Shown here one piece after another: positions 36,073-38,115 of a stretch of 38,115 nucleotides of DNA; the first letter of the stretch is position 1, and every line of letters starts with the position of its first letter. Location: contig CAZKQE010000001.1 of NCBI GenBank assembly GCA_964554725.1, positions 1-38,115 of the forward strand. The letters are read 5' to 3'. Below the pieces are notes generated by a model. The model did no database searches. It was given only the letters and a program-made list of their open reading frames with translations, and was not told the DNA's origin. The stretch is from an uncultured bacterium (GTDB lineage: Bacteria > Eisenbacteria > RBG-16-71-46). Both the position numbers and the translations under genes were made by a program.

Positions 36073-36723
36073 ATGTTCGAGAACTTCGACTGGCTGGAGG
36101 CGATGCGCAACAGTCCGGTGATGCTGGTCATCCTGGCCTGCAGCGTCATCACGTTCGGGTTCGCGCTCGAGCGGATCATCTACTTCTGGAAGCGACGCCA
36201 GGACCCCGAGTCGCTGATGCAGAAGGTGGCCGAGCAGGTGCGCACGGGCGGCATCAAGGAGGCGCTGTGGACCTGCACCGCCTCCCCGCACCCGGCGGGC
36301 GCCGCGGCGGCGCAGGTGCTGAAGAACGCCCACCTGCCGGGCGAGCACCAGGAGGAGCGGCTGCAGATCACGCTCAGCGAGCAGCGGCTGCTGCTCGAGC
36401 GCAACCTGGGGGTGCTCGGCACCATGGGCAACACGGCGCCGCTCATCGGCCTGCTCGGCACGGTGTGGGGCATCATGCGCGCGTTCCACGACATGGCCCG
36501 CACCGGCTCGGCCGGCCCCTCGGTGGTCGCCGCCGGCGTCGCGGAGGCGCTGTTCACCACCGCCGCGGGGCTGCTGGTCGCGGTCCCGGCGGTGCTGCTC
36601 TACAACCACTTCGTCCGGCGCATGGGCGTCATGCTGACCACCGCCGAGAACCACGCGCGCGGCCTGCGGCTCACTCTGAGCGAGCCGGCGACGGGCGAGT
36701 CCGCCGCGTCGCGGGTCGCCTGA
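36073..36723 (+). CDS. MotA/TolQ/ExbB-family proton channel
   Basis: AAGGAG lies upstream. 216 aa with three TM helices and the family signature LGTMGNTAPLIGLLGTVWGIMRAF...AEALFTTAAGLLVAVPAVLLYN. Confidence 0.9.
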   Translation: MFENFDWLEAMRNSPVMLVILACSVITFGFALERIIYFWKRRQDPESLMQKVAEQVRTGGIKEALWTCTASPHPAGAAAAQVLKNAHLPGEHQEERLQITLSEQRLLLERNLGVLGTMGNTAPLIGLLGTVWGIMRAFHDMARTGSAGPSVVAAGVAEALFTTAAGLLVAVPAVLLYNHFVRRMGVMLTTAENHARGLRLTLSEPATGESAASRVA

Positions 36724-36731
36724 GTCCGACC

Positions 36732-37139
36732 ATGTCCCGTCGCTCCCGTTCGAAGCGTCCGGAAGGCATCACCGAGCCGAACATGGTGCCGCTCATCGAC
36801 GTCTCGCTGGTGCTGGTGGTCATCCTGCTCGTCGCCACGCCGATGGCCCTCCAGTCGGGGATCGCGGTCTCGCGCGCGGCCGCGAGCGGCCGCGAGGCGG
36901 CGCCGGCCCGCACCGAGCGGGTCGAGATCGCCATCCTGGGCCCCGACGAGATCGTGGTGAACCGCTCGCCGGTCGCCCGCGGGGCGCTGGGCCCGCGCCT
37001 GCGGGCGCTGCTCGACGCGAGCGCGACCCGGCAGGTGGTCGTGCGCTGCGCCGACACGGTCGCCCACGGGGACTTCGTCGCCGTCCTCGACGAGGCCCGC
37101 GCGCAGGGCGCGGCCGCGATCGCCGTCGTGGGGAGATGA
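36732..37139 (+). CDS. ExbD/TolR-family protein, paralogue 1
   Basis: 135 aa. The N-terminus is EGITEPNMVPLIDVSLVLVVILLV (the conserved Asp-containing TM helix), followed by a periplasmic domain ending DFVAVLDEARAQG. It starts 8 nt after the exbB stop. Confidence 0.85.
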   Translation: MSRRSRSKRPEGITEPNMVPLIDVSLVLVVILLVATPMALQSGIAVSRAAASGREAAPARTERVEIAILGPDEIVVNRSPVARGALGPRLRALLDASATRQVVVRCADTVAHGDFVAVLDEARAQGAAAIAVVGR

Positions 37140-37140
37140 G

Positions 37141-37566
37141 ATGATCCGTCGCCGACAGGCCTGGTCCGAGATGATCACCCGCCCCAACATGACGCCGCTC
37201 ATCGACGTCGCGCTGGTGCTGGTCATCATCCTGCTCGTCACCGCGCCCCTGCTCTCGGTCGCCGACCTGCCGGTCAACCTGCCGCAGGCGGTGACGCGCG
37301 AGGCCGAGAACCAGCGCAACGTGAGCATCACGATGGGCGCCGACGGGCGCCTGGCGGTGGACGAGCAGGTGGTGGCCGCCGACGCCCTGGTCGGCGCGCT
37401 CCGGGCGCGGCTCGCCGAGCCCGGCAACGAGAACGTGCTGGTGGTCGTGCGCGCGGACTCCGGCGCGCCGTACGCGAGCGTGAAGGTGCTGCTCGAGCAG
37501 GCGCGGGTCGCGGGGGCGAAGCGGCTGGCCCTCGCCACGCGCCAGCGCGTGAGGGCCCACTCGTGA
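37141..37566 (+). CDS. ExbD/TolR-family protein, paralogue 2
   Basis: 141 aa. Sequence ITRPNMTPLIDVALVLVIILLVTAP...VVVRADSGAPYASVKVLLEQARVAG. It starts 1 nt after the paralogue 1 stop. Confidence 0.85.
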   Translation: MIRRRQAWSEMITRPNMTPLIDVALVLVIILLVTAPLLSVADLPVNLPQAVTREAENQRNVSITMGADGRLAVDEQVVAADALVGALRARLAEPGNENVLVVVRADSGAPYASVKVLLEQARVAGAKRLALATRQRVRAHS

Positions 37567-38115
37567 GCGCGGCCGTGATCCCGAACGAGCGGCAGGAGTA
37601 CCGGCGCCGCGCGCGGCTCGGCCTGGGCACCAGCTTCGTCCTCCACGTGCTGCTCCTGCTGTGGATCGTGCTCGCGCCGCGCGAACCGGAGCACCTGCAG
37701 CCCCTGACCGAGATCACTTTGATCGAGCCCGGCGAGCCGGGCGGTGCGCCGGCCGCGGCGGCGGCGCCGGCGGCGGCCGCCGGCGTCCGCGCCGGCGTGG
37801 CGGTGAGCCACCGCGCGGACGAGAGCTTCCGCCGCCTCACCACCACCGACGAGCTGACGCCGGAGCCGCAGTCGCCCACCGCCTTCGCGGACCGCATCGC
37901 CGCCCGGCTGGCGGCGCTCAGCGAGAGCGCGCCGACCCCGGTGCAGGGCATCTCGTCCTCGGCGATCGCCGACGGCTGGAGTGCGCCCGCCCCGGGCGGC
38001 GCGCTGGGTGGCGGCGGCAGTGCGCTGGCGCTCCACCGCGGCGGCGGCGGCAGCGCGAGCGGTCCCTCGCTGGCGCTCCATCGCGGCGGCGGCGGCGGGC
38101 CCGCCGCGGCGATCG
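37563..38115 (+). CDS. TonB/TolA-like energy-transducing anchor protein, N-terminal part (3' end outside window)
   Basis: This gene is not in the ORF track because no stop is reached. GTG 37563 overlaps the exbD2 stop (GTGA). My own translation is VSAAVIPNERQEYRRRARLGLGTSFVLHVLLLLWIVLAP..., a single TM helix with the SxxxH motif shared by TonB and TolA. It continues with a Pro/Ala/Gly-rich low-complexity region containing two ALALHRGGGG repeats. Confidence 0.6.
   Translation, partial: MSAAVIPNERQEYRRRARLGLGTSFVLHVLLLLWIVLAPREPEHLQPLTEITLIEPGEPGGAPAAAAAPAAAAGVRAGVAVSHRADESFRRLTTTDELTPEPQSPTAFADRIAARLAALSESAPTPVQGISSSAIADGWSAPAPGGALGGGGSALALHRGGGGSASGPSLALHRGGGGGPAAAI

Noticed and set aside
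32773-36654. 1293-aa minus-strand ORF opposite the TPR and exbB genes
   Set aside because: The reasoning is the same: the sequence is low-complexity and Arg/Gly/Ala/Pro-rich, while the + strand encodes clear TPR repeats and an ExbB signature.
38025-38100. Short tandem nucleotide repeat near the window end as a CRISPR or VNTR-like array
   Set aside because: There are only two copies, both in frame inside the TonB-like coding region, encoding ALALHRGGGG. This is a protein-level low-complexity repeat.

Overview
This is a very GC-rich chromosomal segment (by eye about 70 % or more) from a diderm bacterium. Stop codons are so rare that every frame carries long spurious ORFs. I can support 27 protein-coding genes (26 on +, 1 on -), one tRNA and a few structured non-coding elements. 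I see no rRNA, CRISPR array, transposase or integrase.

Gene order:
1. The 3' end of GTP-dependent PEP carboxykinase.
2. A translationally coupled cysM-mec-cysO::moeZ operon for sulfur-carrier-protein cysteine synthesis. The CysO-like ubiquitin-fold carrier (ending GG) is fused in frame to its MoeZ-type E1/rhodanese activator.
3. An M48 lipoprotein peptidase.
4. A six-gene Alternative Complex III operon (actABCDEF) behind a sigma70-like promoter.
5. tRNA-Leu(UAA).
6. A tight five-gene operon: a radical SAM protein whose stop TGA sits in the codon string Cys-UGA-Ala-Glu-Pro with a SECIS-like hairpin 12 nt downstream (probable selenoprotein), an Nfu-type Fe-S carrier, an ATP-grasp ligase and two exported thioredoxin-fold proteins.
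7. A convergent intergenic region that is almost entirely structured, including a 133-bp element bounded by perfect 21-bp inverted repeats.
8. A minus-strand secreted gluzincin protease with a FlgD-Ig/T9SS-CTD-like tail.
9. A membrane fusion protein (MFP) plus two tandem RND pumps.
10. A 9.5-kb co-directional cluster that I consider the best candidate for an undescribed envelope system. It encodes a 1004-aa Ig-repeat surface protein with the same CTD-like tail, a PorV/PorQ-like outer-membrane barrel fused to a FlgD-Ig domain, a 1043-aa periplasmic TPR protein, ExbB/TolQ, two ExbD/TolR paralogues and a TonB/TolA-like anchor that runs off the window.

Lineage guess (inference only): an FCB-related or Gemmatimonadota-like high-GC lineage. 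Myxococcota is not excluded.
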